64,000 bases of DNA from an uncultured delta proteobacterium. Its GTDB lineage: Bacteria; Desulfobacterota; Binatia; Binatales; Binataceae. Positions within the stretch are counted from its first letter, which is position 1, and every line of letters begins with the position of its first letter. Position numbers and translations under genes: made by a program. Shown in pieces: positions 53,767 through 64,000 of this stretch. Where the stretch lies: assembly GCA_963842085.1 (NCBI GenBank), contig CAWJET010000001.1, positions 1,408,001 through 1,472,000 on the forward strand, in the 5' to 3' direction. Under the pieces are notes generated by a model. It was given only the letters and a program-made list of their open reading frames with translations. It was not told where the DNA came from and did no database searches.

Positions 53767-55473
53767 ATGAAGATTCCCCGGTTTGCGTCGGCGGCGATGA
53801 TTGCCGCACTGTGTTGCACCGCCGTGGTCGGCCTGGCCTTCGCCGCCGACTCTCCCGCGCCAACTCCAAGCGCGGCGCAAGTTGCTCAAGGTCCGGGTGA
53901 CCTCGGCGCTCTGATCGCCGCCGGCACGCTGCCAGACTTGCGCTGGCCGAATTTCAGCGACTACCGCGACGATGTTAAAAAGTTCTACGGCGCCGGTGGC
54001 AATTTGCTCGCCTGGATCCAGAACGGCAAGGCCAGCCCTCAGGCCGCCTCGATGATATCGCTCTTTGAGCAGGCTGCGTCGAAGGGCCTCAACCCCGAAG
54101 ACTATGACGCATCGCGATGGGACGCGCGGCTCGCCAAGCTCCAATCCACGGCCCCGAAGGCCTCCGACACAGACCTTGCGCATATCGATTTGGCGCTGAC
54201 CGTATGCGCGATGCGCTACATTTCCGACCTGCGCGTCGGAAGGGTCAATCCTCAACACTTCAAGTTCGGCCTGACGGTCGGACCCAAAAACTATGACCTG
54301 GCCGAGGAGCTGAGGACGCAGGTGCTGACGGCGTCTGACATTCCCGCTGTCATCGCGAAAGTCGAACCTGACTATGACGGCTATCGACGCGCCGAGGATG
54401 CGCTCCTCACCTACTTGAAGATGGCTGGCGCGGGCGATACTCCGCTCATACCCGTACCGCAAAAAGGCGTGCGCCCCGGAAATTCCTTTGCGGCGATGCC
54501 TCAGTTGATCTTGCGCTTGCGTCAGCTCGGAGACCTGCCCTCCAATGCCGACGTGCCCGCCGATTCGACCGTTTACGCGGGTGCCGTCGTCGCCGCCGTG
54601 AAACATTTCCAACGTCGCCATGGCTTGGATACTGACGGTGTGCTGGGTAAGGGCACCGCGACCCAACTGAACGTGCCGCTCAAGACTCGCGTGCAACAGC
54701 TCCAACTCACGCTGGAACGATACCGCTGGATACCGCCGGGCTTTCCCCAGCCGCCAATCGTCGTCAACATCCCCGAATTTCGACTACATACTTTGCGTCG
54801 CCAGCCTGCCGACTACCTAACAATGAAAGTAATTGTCGGCAGGGCCATGCGTACGCAGACGCCCGTGTTCGCAAATAGCATGAAGTACGTGATCTTCCGC
54901 CCGTACTGGCTTGTACCGCTCTCGATCCAGCGCGCAGAGTTGGTGCCAAAGACGCGGCGCGATCCTGATTACCTGGCAGATCACGGATTCGAAGTAGTCG
55001 ACGGAAGTGGCAACGTCGTGCCTTCATCGCCGGCGTCGGACGAGGTCATAAGCGGGCTCCGTTCCGGCGCACTCAGCGCGCGACAAGTACCGGGACCCAA
55101 GAATGCGCTCGGCCTGGTCAAGTTCATATTCCCCAATCAGTACAACGTTTACCTGCACAGCACGCCCGAGCAGGAGCTGTTCTCGCGGTCCCGCCGCGAC
55201 TTCAGTCACGGATGCATCCGGGTAGAGAATCCGGTGGCTCTGGCGGCGTGGGTGTTGCGCGGCAAGCCCGAGTGGACGGTGGACAAAATTCGCGCAACGA
55301 TGAACGGCGATACAACCGTACAGGTGAATCTCGACAAACCTATTCCAGTACTAATTCTCTATAGTACTGCGGTAGTCGAACCGGACGGCGAAGTCCGCTT
55401 CTTCGATGACATATATGGCTACGACAAGTCGCTGGAAAAGGCACTCGCGAACGGCCCGCCGTATCCGAGCTGA
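53767..55473 (+). CDS. L,D-transpeptidase, YcbB/LdtD type
   Basis: Signal peptide, PG-binding FQRRHGL..DG, LERYRW, VNIP, NALG.VKF.FPN, YLHSTP...SHGCIRV. Confidence 0.93.
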   Translation: MKIPRFASAAMIAALCCTAVVGLAFAADSPAPTPSAAQVAQGPGDLGALIAAGTLPDLRWPNFSDYRDDVKKFYGAGGNLLAWIQNGKASPQAASMISLFEQAASKGLNPEDYDASRWDARLAKLQSTAPKASDTDLAHIDLALTVCAMRYISDLRVGRVNPQHFKFGLTVGPKNYDLAEELRTQVLTASDIPAVIAKVEPDYDGYRRAEDALLTYLKMAGAGDTPLIPVPQKGVRPGNSFAAMPQLILRLRQLGDLPSNADVPADSTVYAGAVVAAVKHFQRRHGLDTDGVLGKGTATQLNVPLKTRVQQLQLTLERYRWIPPGFPQPPIVVNIPEFRLHTLRRQPADYLTMKVIVGRAMRTQTPVFANSMKYVIFRPYWLVPLSIQRAELVPKTRRDPDYLADHGFEVVDGSGNVVPSSPASDEVISGLRSGALSARQVPGPKNALGLVKFIFPNQYNVYLHSTPEQELFSRSRRDFSHGCIRVENPVALAAWVLRGKPEWTVDKIRATMNGDTTVQVNLDKPIPVLILYSTAVVEPDGEVRFFDDIYGYDKSLEKALANGPPYPS

Positions 55474-55508
55474 TTAGCCACTCCAATAGTCACTCGCAAA
55501 TACATATT

Positions 55509-56345
55509 TCAGATTACGCCGTGCTCTTTGAACCAGGCCTGCATCCGCTTCCATCCATCCCTGGCGGCTTCCGGGTTGTAGCTTGGACGATAGTCGGCGT
55601 TGAAGCCATGACCGGCATCCGGATAGATCACGATTTCCGACGGCTTGCCGGCGGCCTTGAGCGCGGCGCGCAGCTGCTCGATCTGCGCAACCGGGATTCC
55701 CATGTCTTTACCACCGTAGAGACCCAGAATCGGCGCGTTGATCTGATTCACCAAATCGATCGGATTCTTCGGCCTGAGATCGGACGGCGGAAACCGCAGC
55801 GGCCCGTACCATGCGACTCCAGCTTTTAGCGCGGGGTTGTGCGCGGCATACAACCAGACCTGCCGGCCGCCCCAGCAAAAGCCGGTGATGCCGAGTTTCG
55901 TGGTGTCCGCCTTACCCGTGCTCTTCGCCCATGCCACGGTAGCGTCGAGATCGGACGACACCTGTTGGTCCGGTACTTTGGCGACGACCTTGACGATGAT
56001 CTGCTGGACGTCACCCATGCTCGCGACATCGCCCTGGCGCGAATAGAGCAACGGCGCCACCGCGAAGTAGCCGAGCTTGGCCAGCCGGCGGCAGATGTCC
56101 TTGATATGTTCGTGGACGCCGAAGATCTCGTGCACCCCCAGCACGGTCGGAAAGGGCCCTCCGCTCGCCGGCATCGCGCGATAAGCGGGAATCTCGCCGC
56201 CTTCGACCGGAATCTTGACCTCGCCGGCGATCAGTCCGTTGCTGTCGGTCGTAATGGTCTCTGCTGACACCGGCATCACCGCAAGCGCAAAGCCGGCCGC
56301 GAGACTTCCCACCACGAATGCGCGGCGCGAGATTTGAGTTTTCAT
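55509..56345 (-). CDS. Dienelactone hydrolase family protein with Tat-like signal
   Basis: SRRAFVV twin-arginine; HEIFG, GFCWGG, YGGKD, GHGF. Confidence 0.92.
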   Translation of the reverse strand: MKTQISRRAFVVGSLAAGFALAVMPVSAETITTDSNGLIAGEVKIPVEGGEIPAYRAMPASGGPFPTVLGVHEIFGVHEHIKDICRRLAKLGYFAVAPLLYSRQGDVASMGDVQQIIVKVVAKVPDQQVSSDLDATVAWAKSTGKADTTKLGITGFCWGGRQVWLYAAHNPALKAGVAWYGPLRFPPSDLRPKNPIDLVNQINAPILGLYGGKDMGIPVAQIEQLRAALKAAGKPSEIVIYPDAGHGFNADYRPSYNPEAARDGWKRMQAWFKEHGVI

Positions 56346-56368
56346 ACCTTCCAGTTTCTGCAAGGCCG

Positions 56369-57316
56369 TCAGCTGGAACGCAAGGGAGTTTCCCGCATGA
56401 ACCGGATCGTGTCTTCCAAATCGCGGATGCCGGCGTCCGAGCCAAGGCCTTGCGCAACCAACGCCGCCGCTGCATTGCCGAGTTTCATGCACTCCAATGG
56501 CGGCCATCCGGACCGCAGCGCGCGAATGAAGCCGGCGCAATATGCGTCCCCGCATCCCGACGTGTCGACTACCGCAATATCGTGCGCCGGCAGATGCACC
56601 CGGTCGCGCGCCGTCGCCAGGAAGCTGCCGTCACCGCCCATTGTGAGAACAACGCCGCCGACGCCGAGGTCGAGCAATCGCGAGGCTGCCTCCTCGGGCG
56701 TGTGGGATTCCGTCAGCCTGCAAGCTTGATCGGCGTTGGGCATGAACCAATCGACGAAAGGCAGACACGGCTTCAGGATGGCAAGCAGTTTGGGCGAGCC
56801 TTCGCTCAGGATGTCCATGCTGGTGGTCGCGCCGCCGTCGCGCGCGCGCTGGAGTATCTGCGCGGCCCCTTCGCGCCCGAGTCCACGCATCGAGTCGGTG
56901 CCGCCGAGATGCAGATGCGACGCGCGCTCGATGAGCGGCCACGGGACGTCGTCGATCGAATATACGGCGTTGGCTCCGATTGCGTGAAGCGCGGGCCGGT
57001 CGCCGTTTGGCCTGATCGGCAGGATGCTCGCCGAAGTTTGGACGCCGCTCTTGCGAACGACGTTGCTGGTATCGACACCGAAGCCATTCAGCGCGCGAAT
57101 TAGTACGTCGCCAAGAGCGTCGTCGCCGACCGCGCCGACGGTCGCGACCGAGAGTCCCAACTTCGCGAGCCCAACTGCTGTGCCCGCTGCAGCACCTGCC
57201 GGCGCCAGCCGAATCTCGTCGAGCAGCACGCTGCCCTGGCCTTCGGGAATGTGCGTGACGTAGCGGCCGAGGATGTCGAGGACGTGCGCGCCGAGCGTCA
57301 CCGTCGTGCCGCTCAT
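56369..57316 (-). CDS. PfkB family carbohydrate kinase
   Basis: [23 protein letters not shown]. Confidence 0.9.
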   Translation of the reverse strand: MSGTTVTLGAHVLDILGRYVTHIPEGQGSVLLDEIRLAPAGAAAGTAVGLAKLGLSVATVGAVGDDALGDVLIRALNGFGVDTSNVVRKSGVQTSASILPIRPNGDRPALHAIGANAVYSIDDVPWPLIERASHLHLGGTDSMRGLGREGAAQILQRARDGGATTSMDILSEGSPKLLAILKPCLPFVDWFMPNADQACRLTESHTPEEAASRLLDLGVGGVVLTMGGDGSFLATARDRVHLPAHDIAVVDTSGCGDAYCAGFIRALRSGWPPLECMKLGNAAAALVAQGLGSDAGIRDLEDTIRFMRETPLRSS

Positions 57317-58047
57317 TAGTGACTTGGCTCCGGCTCGCGAACCGCTTGCATCCGCGCGATGCGGCGTTCTTCCTTGCGCTCGATTTCGCGATCCTGCCGC
57401 GCGATGACCGCGGCGTGAAGCTGCGCCACAGTCTTTTCAGGAAGAACGGTCACCGGCTTGCCGGTCGCCAGCGCGTGCATATAAATCGTGGCGGATTTTT
57501 CGAGCAGCTCGACGAAAGTGAACGTCTTGTCGAGATCGGTGCCGATGCAAAGCGTGCCGTGGTTCTGCATTATGTAGCAATGGCATCGATTCGCGAGCTT
57601 GCGCGCGACGTTGTCGTGCAGTTCGCGCGAGCCCGACAGAGCATAGGGCACGACGTCGATCGTGTTGCCAATCGCCAGCGTGACTTCGTCGAACAGCGGC
57701 GGGATTGGCAGGTTCAGCACGCTGAGCGCGCTCGCAAACGTCTGATGGGTATGAATGACAGCGCTGACGTCGGCGCGCGCCTTGTACGTCGCGACGTGCA
57801 TCGGAGTCTCGATCGACGGTTTGCGCTCGCCCTCGATTCGCGCGAGGTCGAAATCCACCACGCAGATGTCCTCGACCGTCATTGCGTCGTAGGGAAGGCG
57901 CGTCGGCGTGACAACGACGGCATCCTCGCCCTCGACGAGCAGCGAAACGTTGCCCGCACTGCCCGACTTCGATCCGAAGTAGCCGTCTGCCGACAGGCGC
58001 CGGCTGATGCCAAGGACTCGCCGCTTGTAGTCGTCGTAGCGTCCCAT
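57316..58047 (-). CDS. Class II aldolase/adducin family (FucA-like)
   Basis: GNVS, TPT, PSIETPMH, IHTH, NHG. Confidence 0.92.
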   Translation of the reverse strand: MGRYDDYKRRVLGISRRLSADGYFGSKSGSAGNVSLLVEGEDAVVVTPTRLPYDAMTVEDICVVDFDLARIEGERKPSIETPMHVATYKARADVSAVIHTHQTFASALSVLNLPIPPLFDEVTLAIGNTIDVVPYALSGSRELHDNVARKLANRCHCYIMQNHGTLCIGTDLDKTFTFVELLEKSATIYMHALATGKPVTVLPEKTVAQLHAAVIARQDREIERKEERRIARMQAVREPEPSH

Positions 58048-58050
58048 CTA

Positions 58051-58102
58051 AGAAAAACACCGCCCCCGGGTATCGCTCCACTCTCACGATACCGCGGGGG
58101 CG
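58051..58102 (-). terminator. Intrinsic terminator-like hairpin between ALDH and aldolase
   Basis: CGCCCCCG(C)GGTATCG...CGATACCCGGGGGCG followed by GTGTTTTTCT on the minus strand. Confidence 0.6.
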
Positions 58103-58116
58103 CTGTGCTTAACAAA

Positions 58117-59526
58117 TTATGAAAGCTTGACGGAGTTAACCACCTGAATTTCCGTGAAGCCGAGCAGCCCCCAGGTGCCGTTCTCCACGCCAATCCCCGA
58201 CCACTTCGCTCCGCCGAACGGCAGATTCGGTGCGATCGCGAGATGCTGATTGACCCACGCCGAACCGCATTCCAGTTGCGACGCGACCTCAGCGCCGCGC
58301 GCCGAATCGTTGGACCACACCGAGCCGCTCAGCCCGAAGTGCGTCGCGTTCGCGCGGCGAATCGCGTCATCGACATCCTTGTAGGGAATGACCGGAAGCG
58401 CGGGACCGAACTGTTCTTCATCGACGAGCCGCACGCCGTCGGAAATATTTCCGACAATCGTCGGCGCGAAGAAGTAGCCCTCCTTGCCCACGCGCGAGCC
58501 GCCCGAGACAATTTTGGCGCCGTGCCTCTTCGCGTCCTCGACCAGCTCCGTCACGCGCTCGAACTGCGGCTTGTTGTTGATCGGACCGAGCTGGGTGCCG
58601 GCCTCGAGACCGTCGCCCACCTTGACGCCGCGCGCGAGCTCGCCAAGGTTGTCGAGCAATGCGGCGTACATCTGTTCTGGAACGTACACCCGCTTGATCG
58701 CGCTGCAGATCTGCCCGGAGTTCTCGAACGCGCCCCAGAAAATCTTGGGCGCGACAGCCTTGGGATCGACGTCCGACAAGATGATCGCGGCGTCGTTGCC
58801 GCCGAGCTCGAGCGTAAGCCGCTTCAGATCGGGCGCGGCTGCCGCAGCAACCTTCTTGCCGGTTTCGATCGAGCCGGTGAATGAAATCTTTCTCGGCACC
58901 GGATGACTGGTCATCCAGGCGCCGAGGTCGTCGCCGCCCGAGACCACGTTGAGGACTCCGGGCGGAACGATGTCGCGCAGGATCTCGCCAAGCATCAAGG
59001 TCGTGATCGGAGTGAACGGCGACGGCTTCAGCACGATGGTGTTGCCGGCGAGCAGGGCCGGCGCGATCTTCCACATCGCGAGCATGATCGGGTAATTCCA
59101 CGGTGTGATCGCGGCGACGACGCCGAGCGGCTTGCGCTTGATTTCGATTTTGCCCTGCGGCGTGTCCTGAAGAACCTCGGCAGGCAAATCGAGCATCGCC
59201 GTGTATGCGCACCACATCGAGGTGCCCATGATTTCCTGTCCGGCCTTGTCGAGCGGCTTGCCCTGCTCGAGCGTGAGCGTCCGCGCCAGACCTTCAGGCG
59301 GCTGTTGCAGCGCGGTAGCGCATTCCTGCAGGACCTTGCGGCGCGCGTTGATGTCGCGGCCCCAGGCGGGGAACGCCTTTAGGGCAGCGGCCATCGCCTG
59401 GTCGAGTTCGGCCTTGGTGCAATCGGGAACCTCGGCGAAAACCTTGCCGGTGGCAGGATTGATGACGCCAGTGGATTTCGATCCCTTCACCGACTTACCG
59501 TCGATGGTCATGGTGTATCCGGGCAT
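58117..59526 (-). CDS. Aldehyde dehydrogenase
   Basis: ITPWNYP, FTGS, LELGGND, GQICSA, EEQFGP, PFGGAKWSG. Confidence 0.96.
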   Translation of the reverse strand: MPGYTMTIDGKSVKGSKSTGVINPATGKVFAEVPDCTKAELDQAMAAALKAFPAWGRDINARRKVLQECATALQQPPEGLARTLTLEQGKPLDKAGQEIMGTSMWCAYTAMLDLPAEVLQDTPQGKIEIKRKPLGVVAAITPWNYPIMLAMWKIAPALLAGNTIVLKPSPFTPITTLMLGEILRDIVPPGVLNVVSGGDDLGAWMTSHPVPRKISFTGSIETGKKVAAAAAPDLKRLTLELGGNDAAIILSDVDPKAVAPKIFWGAFENSGQICSAIKRVYVPEQMYAALLDNLGELARGVKVGDGLEAGTQLGPINNKPQFERVTELVEDAKRHGAKIVSGGSRVGKEGYFFAPTIVGNISDGVRLVDEEQFGPALPVIPYKDVDDAIRRANATHFGLSGSVWSNDSARGAEVASQLECGSAWVNQHLAIAPNLPFGGAKWSGIGVENGTWGLLGFTEIQVVNSVKLS

Positions 59527-59621
59527 GTGAATCTCCTTGTTGAGCGAATCCGTGGGGCAACTGTCAATTGATTCATTACAACGCCGGTCGCCTCGCGCGC
59601 AAACCGCGGCGCGCCGACGAA

Positions 59622-61007
59622 TCAGCCGGCGATCTTCTCATCCAATCCCGCCACCTTCAACGCCTTTCGCTTTGCACCCTTGAGGTCATAGTACCTGCGC
59701 GTGACGATTCGCTGCGCATAGAGCCCGCCGCCGGCCTGCACGTTGGTGACCGCCTTCCAGCCGCCGTAGGCGTCCGCGGTCAGATCGCGGATCGCATGAA
59801 AGAGCCGCGCACGATATTCACCGTCGATTCCACTGCTGGTTCCCATGTACTTGCGAACCAGCGGGCCCGTCACTTCGTTCTCGAGGTCGGCAACGCCCGG
59901 CGCGGTGAGGATCGAGCCGCCCGCGATGTCGTGCAGGTGCCGCACCATCAGGTTGTAGTTCGAGGCGCCATGATACTTGCCGGCATTCGTGTAGAGCTCG
60001 TCGGGGAATGCGCCCTGCTCGGTAATCTGGCAGTTTGCGATCGCCGCCTCGAGCGCCGCGCGAATCAAGGTGGCATGGATGAGCATCTCGGAGATCTTCT
60101 CCTTGATGTGCCCTTCGCCCGCCAGCCCGTTGGCTTCCGCTATGAGCTGGGCGAAGCCGACTAGCAGGTCGCCCTCCTCCGCCATCGCCGAAAGGCCGCC
60201 CAACCGCTCCCAGAGCCCAAGTGAATGAGCGAACACGGCGGCCTGCTGGACTGCGCCGTCGAGAAAGATGCGCTCGTTCGGCACGAAAACGTTGTCGAGG
60301 ATCACGAATCCTTCAGGCATATGGATTTTCGAGGAAACCGGAAATGTGCGCGTGTCGGGATGACGCGGCGCAAATGTCGTATCGATTATCTTGACCCCGG
60401 GCGAGTTGACCGGCACCGCGCATCCGATCGCGTACGCCTCCTCGCCGGGCTTCATCGCCTTGGTCGGAATCACCATCAGGTCATGCGCCATCGACGCGCC
60501 CGTGATGTGCAGCTTGGCGCCGCGAATCACGACGCCGTCGCTCCGCCGCTCGACCACCCGGGTGTATGCGTCCGGATCGTCCTGCTTGCCGGGCGGACGG
60601 CTGCGATCGCCCTTCGCGTCGGTGATGCATTCGACGATGCGGACGTCGCGGCGCTGCGCGGCTCGCACGTAATGCCGGATGCGCTCCGCATATTCAGGCA
60701 GGGTGTCCGCGATCCGAGTTGCCGCGGTCGTCAGCGTCATGATCGACTGGTAGGTCACGTTGGCAACGATGTCGGACTCGAGCAGCAGTGGGATCCGGTC
60801 GCGCAACTCGTCGGCCGACCGCGGAATTGCCATCAACGGACTGACGGCCCCGGGCTCGGGCGAGTAGAACTTGTCGTAGCCCTCGGCTATTCGCGAGACG
60901 CATTCGCCAAGCAGCGGGTGCGTAACGATGTCGCGGACGCGCTCGCCTTCGAAATAAGTTTCGCGGTTGTCATCCAACGACTTCTTGTATTGCTGTCCGG
61001 TCATCAT
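59622..61007 (-). CDS. HpaB / 4-hydroxybutyryl-CoA dehydratase fold flavoprotein
   Basis: MMTGQQYKKSL, TDAKGDRS...QDDPDAY, VIRGAKLHIT, DNVFVPNERIFL, DIAGG. Confidence 0.88.
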   Translation of the reverse strand: MMTGQQYKKSLDDNRETYFEGERVRDIVTHPLLGECVSRIAEGYDKFYSPEPGAVSPLMAIPRSADELRDRIPLLLESDIVANVTYQSIMTLTTAATRIADTLPEYAERIRHYVRAAQRRDVRIVECITDAKGDRSRPPGKQDDPDAYTRVVERRSDGVVIRGAKLHITGASMAHDLMVIPTKAMKPGEEAYAIGCAVPVNSPGVKIIDTTFAPRHPDTRTFPVSSKIHMPEGFVILDNVFVPNERIFLDGAVQQAAVFAHSLGLWERLGGLSAMAEEGDLLVGFAQLIAEANGLAGEGHIKEKISEMLIHATLIRAALEAAIANCQITEQGAFPDELYTNAGKYHGASNYNLMVRHLHDIAGGSILTAPGVADLENEVTGPLVRKYMGTSSGIDGEYRARLFHAIRDLTADAYGGWKAVTNVQAGGGLYAQRIVTRRYYDLKGAKRKALKVAGLDEKIAG

Positions 61008-61368
61008 CGCGGTCTTCTCTCTCCTTGGGTGTCGCGCGAACAAATCCTGCGGCCTTTCCAGTCGCAGCAGCGCAGAAGCCTAGTGCGGAATGCCGTTGGA
61101 TAAAAGCCCTCAGCCAGAGCACCAGGCTGCGCAGCGTCCATATCATCGGCAACCGCGCCGTCGAGTGCTGGTACACATCGGTCAGGCCGTGATATCGCTG
61201 AAGGGCACTATCGACCATTTGATGAATACGGTTTCAACTATCCGACTTTGCCGAATGCTATAAGAAACAGGCACTTGACGGTATCAACCGCCTCAGCGCC
61301 TGATGGGCGCGGTCGAGACGATTTCCGAGAGTAGCTTTCCCGGCAAGCTACTCTGAGGTAGGCCTCAG

Positions 61369-62241
61369 ATGCTAGCGACTTCAAAAGAGTTCCTTCTGCG
61401 GGTGTTTCGCGATTTCTCCAAAGACGAATGCCCGTCGATGGCGGCGGCTTTGGCATACGCGACGCTGTTCTCGCTGCCTTCTCTCCTGCTGATCGTCATT
61501 TATATTGCCGGCCTCGTTCTGGGGCCGCAGGCTGCGAGCGGCCAAATCGAATCGAAGCTTAGCGGCGCGATGGGCCCGCAGGCGGCCGCACAAATCCAGA
61601 CCATGGTCAGCAACGTGGCTCAGAACCATGCTGTCGGATTGATCGCGACGGCGTTGGGATTTGTCGGGCTCATACTTTCCGCGACCAGCGTGCTGTTGCA
61701 ACTTCAGCAGTGTCTCAACAAGGCGTGGAAAGTAAAGGCGGTTGGTTCCGGCATAAGGAATTTCGCGATGCAACGGTTCCGCTCGATTCTACTGCTGATC
61801 GGAGCCGGGATCCTCGCGATGGTTTCGGTGGCGGCGAGTTCGGCGATTTCGGCGCTGGCGCACATGCTGCCCTTCGCCGGGGCCGCGCACGCCGGGGAAT
61901 TGTTCACCTCATTGGTTCTGTTTGCGATCGTATTCGCGGCGATTCTGAAGGTAATGCCCGATGTCCAACTGCGCTGGAGTGATGTTTGGGTGGGTGGCGT
62001 GTTTATCGCCTTATTGTTCGTGGTCGGAAAATTCCTGATCGCCATTTACCTGGCGCACGCGGGGAAAGCCAGCGCCTACGGGGCTGCCGGGTCCCTGGCT
62101 ATAGTTCTACTGTGGACTTACTACTCTGCGCTGATCTTTCTGCTAGGAGTCGAATTAACCCAGGTATGGGTCCGCAGCCAGGGACGGAACGTTCTGCCAA
62201 AAGAAGGCGCCGTTCTGTTGGAGCCGCTGGCCAACAGCTAG
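61369..62241 (+). CDS. YihY/BrkB family membrane protein
   Basis: MAAALAYATLFSLP, LNKAW, AYGAAGSLAIVLLWTYYSALIFLLG. Confidence 0.92.
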   Translation: MLATSKEFLLRVFRDFSKDECPSMAAALAYATLFSLPSLLLIVIYIAGLVLGPQAASGQIESKLSGAMGPQAAAQIQTMVSNVAQNHAVGLIATALGFVGLILSATSVLLQLQQCLNKAWKVKAVGSGIRNFAMQRFRSILLLIGAGILAMVSVAASSAISALAHMLPFAGAAHAGELFTSLVLFAIVFAAILKVMPDVQLRWSDVWVGGVFIALLFVVGKFLIAIYLAHAGKASAYGAAGSLAIVLLWTYYSALIFLLGVELTQVWVRSQGRNVLPKEGAVLLEPLANS

Positions 62242-62578
62242 CGAGCCTCCACGAGTGTTGATCCCGTACTTCTTCAGCGCCGTGAGGATCACCTGGTTCT
62301 GCATCGAAAGGCCAGTGCCGTAGGTTAACTGTCAGTATGATCCTGTGCGCGAACCGAGCCAGGAGCGTGCGCTGCGTGGTCGGTTCCGGCAAGGTGCCAT
62401 GCATAACGCCGACGGTTTTCGGGAACCGCCTGCCGGCCTCGACCAGCCGCCAATTGGAGCAGTACTATAACGCTACATTTGGTTGACCAAACGATACGGA
62501 TTGGCGGATAAATTTCCAGTCTGGCCGTTGGTCGTGCCCGTGGCTGGCGGTCGGGAGACTCGTCAGGAGGTAGGTCGC

Positions 62579-63520
62579 ATGCCCAACTTTCGAATTCTGT
62601 CCTGCGACGGCGGCGGAATCCGGGGAGTGCTGAGTGCGGTGCTGCTTAATCGACTTCTCGGCAAGTATCCGGCGTTGTTGCAGGATCGACCCGGCACGAT
62701 CACGATGTTCGCCGGCACCTCGACCGGCGGAATCCTGGCTCTCGGTCTGGCTGCCGGTCTCACCCCCGCGCAGATTCGCGACCTCTACGTTACGAACGGA
62801 AAGCTGATCTTTGATTCCTCGTGGGGGCGCGATGTGGTCGAGCTGGGAGGACTCAGCGGCTCGAAGTACGACAACGTGAATCTCAAGCAGATTCTGCAGG
62901 ACACCTTCGGCGCTCTGAAACTCAAGGATCTGAAGCCACGCGTTCTGATCGCATCCTTCAGTTTGGACAATCAGGCGGCCGCTCCTTCCCCCCGCACTTG
63001 GAACCCGAAGTTCTTCCACAATTTTACCGGCGCCGACAGCGACGGCGAATCTCTGGTGGTTGACGTCGCCATGTCCACCAGCGCGGCCCCGACCTACTTC
63101 CCCTCGTACGGCGTGTTCATCGATGGCGGCGTGATTGCCAACAATCCGAGCATGGCCGCCGTGGTGCAGGCGATGGATGGCCGCAATCAGGCCGCCGAGC
63201 GAGCGACGCTGCAGGAGATCACGCTGCTGTCCGTCGGTACGGGCGCCTCGCTGCAATACATCGACGGGCAGAACCACGATTGGGGCGACGCGCAATGGAT
63301 CAAGCCAATCCTCAACGTGATGATGGACGGCAGCGTCGGGGTGGCTGATTTCGAATGCCGGCAACTCCTCGGCGATCGCTATTGTCGCGTCGAACCCATA
63401 TTCCCAGCCGGAAAGTCGTTCGCGATGGACGATGTCAGCAAGATCGTGGACCTGATGGACCTCGCAAATTCATTCGATCTCGCCGGCACCGTCGCATGGC
63501 TCCAGACCTCAGGATGGTGA
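62579..63520 (+). CDS. Patatin-like phospholipase
   Basis: DGGGIRG, GTSTG, SAAPTYF, DGG; SD AGGAGG before ATG 62579. Confidence 0.93.
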   Translation: MPNFRILSCDGGGIRGVLSAVLLNRLLGKYPALLQDRPGTITMFAGTSTGGILALGLAAGLTPAQIRDLYVTNGKLIFDSSWGRDVVELGGLSGSKYDNVNLKQILQDTFGALKLKDLKPRVLIASFSLDNQAAAPSPRTWNPKFFHNFTGADSDGESLVVDVAMSTSAAPTYFPSYGVFIDGGVIANNPSMAAVVQAMDGRNQAAERATLQEITLLSVGTGASLQYIDGQNHDWGDAQWIKPILNVMMDGSVGVADFECRQLLGDRYCRVEPIFPAGKSFAMDDVSKIVDLMDLANSFDLAGTVAWLQTSGW

Positions 63521-63561
63521 GGCGTGCCGACGACTCCACCTAAGGTCGCGCGTCGACGGGA

Positions 63562-63999
63562 CTATTCAGTCGGCGGTCTCTCGCCGCGGTACTTGAGCGT
63601 GAGCTCCGCGACCCCGGCTGCGACGTTCAGTCCGTTCTGCCCTTCGACTGATACCGGCTGAAGCGCGATCGACTGATCGAAGCCTCCGACCAGCACATTT
63701 GCGCCCGCACCCACGCCAAGCGTGACGCTCGCGGCCACCCCGCCGTAGTGGCCGCTCAACGCCCCGGGCTTGAGATCTTTGGTCGGCGCCGCGACCGCCC
63801 ACAAGATCACGGATGATTTGAGATAGCCGATATCAGCGCCGAATTTCGAGACGCTTCCACTGTAGTATTCGACTCTTCCGCCATTGGACGAGTATGCGCA
63901 TTTGAGGTCGCGCGAAGATCCGAACACGAATCCCCATCCCGACGCTTCGTGACAAGTGAGATAGCCCGTCTTGACAGTGTACTTGCTGCCTTGGGCGTG
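63562..63999 (-). CDS. DUF992 family protein (5' end outside window)
   Basis: GYLTC...GFVFGSSRDLKC, LWAV, GANVLVGG, LQPVSVEGQNGLNVAAGVAEL. Confidence 0.88.
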   Translation of the reverse strand, partial: HAQGSKYTVKTGYLTCHEASGWGFVFGSSRDLKCAYSSNGGRVEYYSGSVSKFGADIGYLKSSVILWAVAAPTKDLKPGALSGHYGGVAASVTLGVGAGANVLVGGFDQSIALQPVSVEGQNGLNVAAGVAELTLKYRGERPPTE

Positions 64000-64000
64000 C

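Noticed and set aside
60970-61218. 82-aa ORF upstream of the HpaB-like gene as a leader peptide
   Set aside because: No motif or clear SD; overlaps the downstream start region; no supporting structure found
62242-62470. Possible gene remnant between yihY and patatin (minus strand ...MQNQVILTALKKYGINT...)
   Set aside because: Short, no recognisable family, no clear start; cannot support a pseudogene call
62579-63520. Patatin as a CBASS CapV-type defence effector
   Set aside because: No CD-NTase or other defence genes nearby; neighbours are YihY and DUF992

Overview
High-GC bacterial chromosome segment, mostly core genome. A Candidatus Binatota-like or deltaproteobacteria-related origin is inferred from gene style only. 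Housekeeping blocks are priA-hydrolase-def-fmt-rsmB-rlpA, tRNA-Pro(CGG), plsY, glnB, aroCKB, ileS-lspA, comM, argE-like, ppk1 and an LD-transpeptidase. They are interleaved with acyl-CoA/lipid catabolic genes, a TonB-dependent uptake operon, a glycosylation/methylation cassette, a transglutaminase/C26 trio and a flavoprotein-ALDH-aldolase-kinase cluster. No integrase, transposase, CRISPR array or rRNA was seen. The most interesting signals are: (1) two adjacent putative ribosome-stalling switches at 28.9-31.0 kb, a 3-codon uORF with an SD-sequestering hairpin before an ABC-F gene, and a CruR/DUF2946-like HxH/CxxC/RAPP leader before a TBDT-exbB-exbD-tonB operon; (2) a dispersed non-coding repeat family with a hairpin conserved in structure but not sequence (4.6-4.9 kb and 35.4-35.8 kb); (3) an HpaB/AbfD-fold protein lacking the known catalytic ligands; (4) a secreted protein built of three Cys-paired repeats; (5) a CxxCHxxH insertion in shikimate kinase; (6) an fmt gene that appears to need a non-canonical start codon. 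All product calls come from motif recognition by eye; no database search was run.
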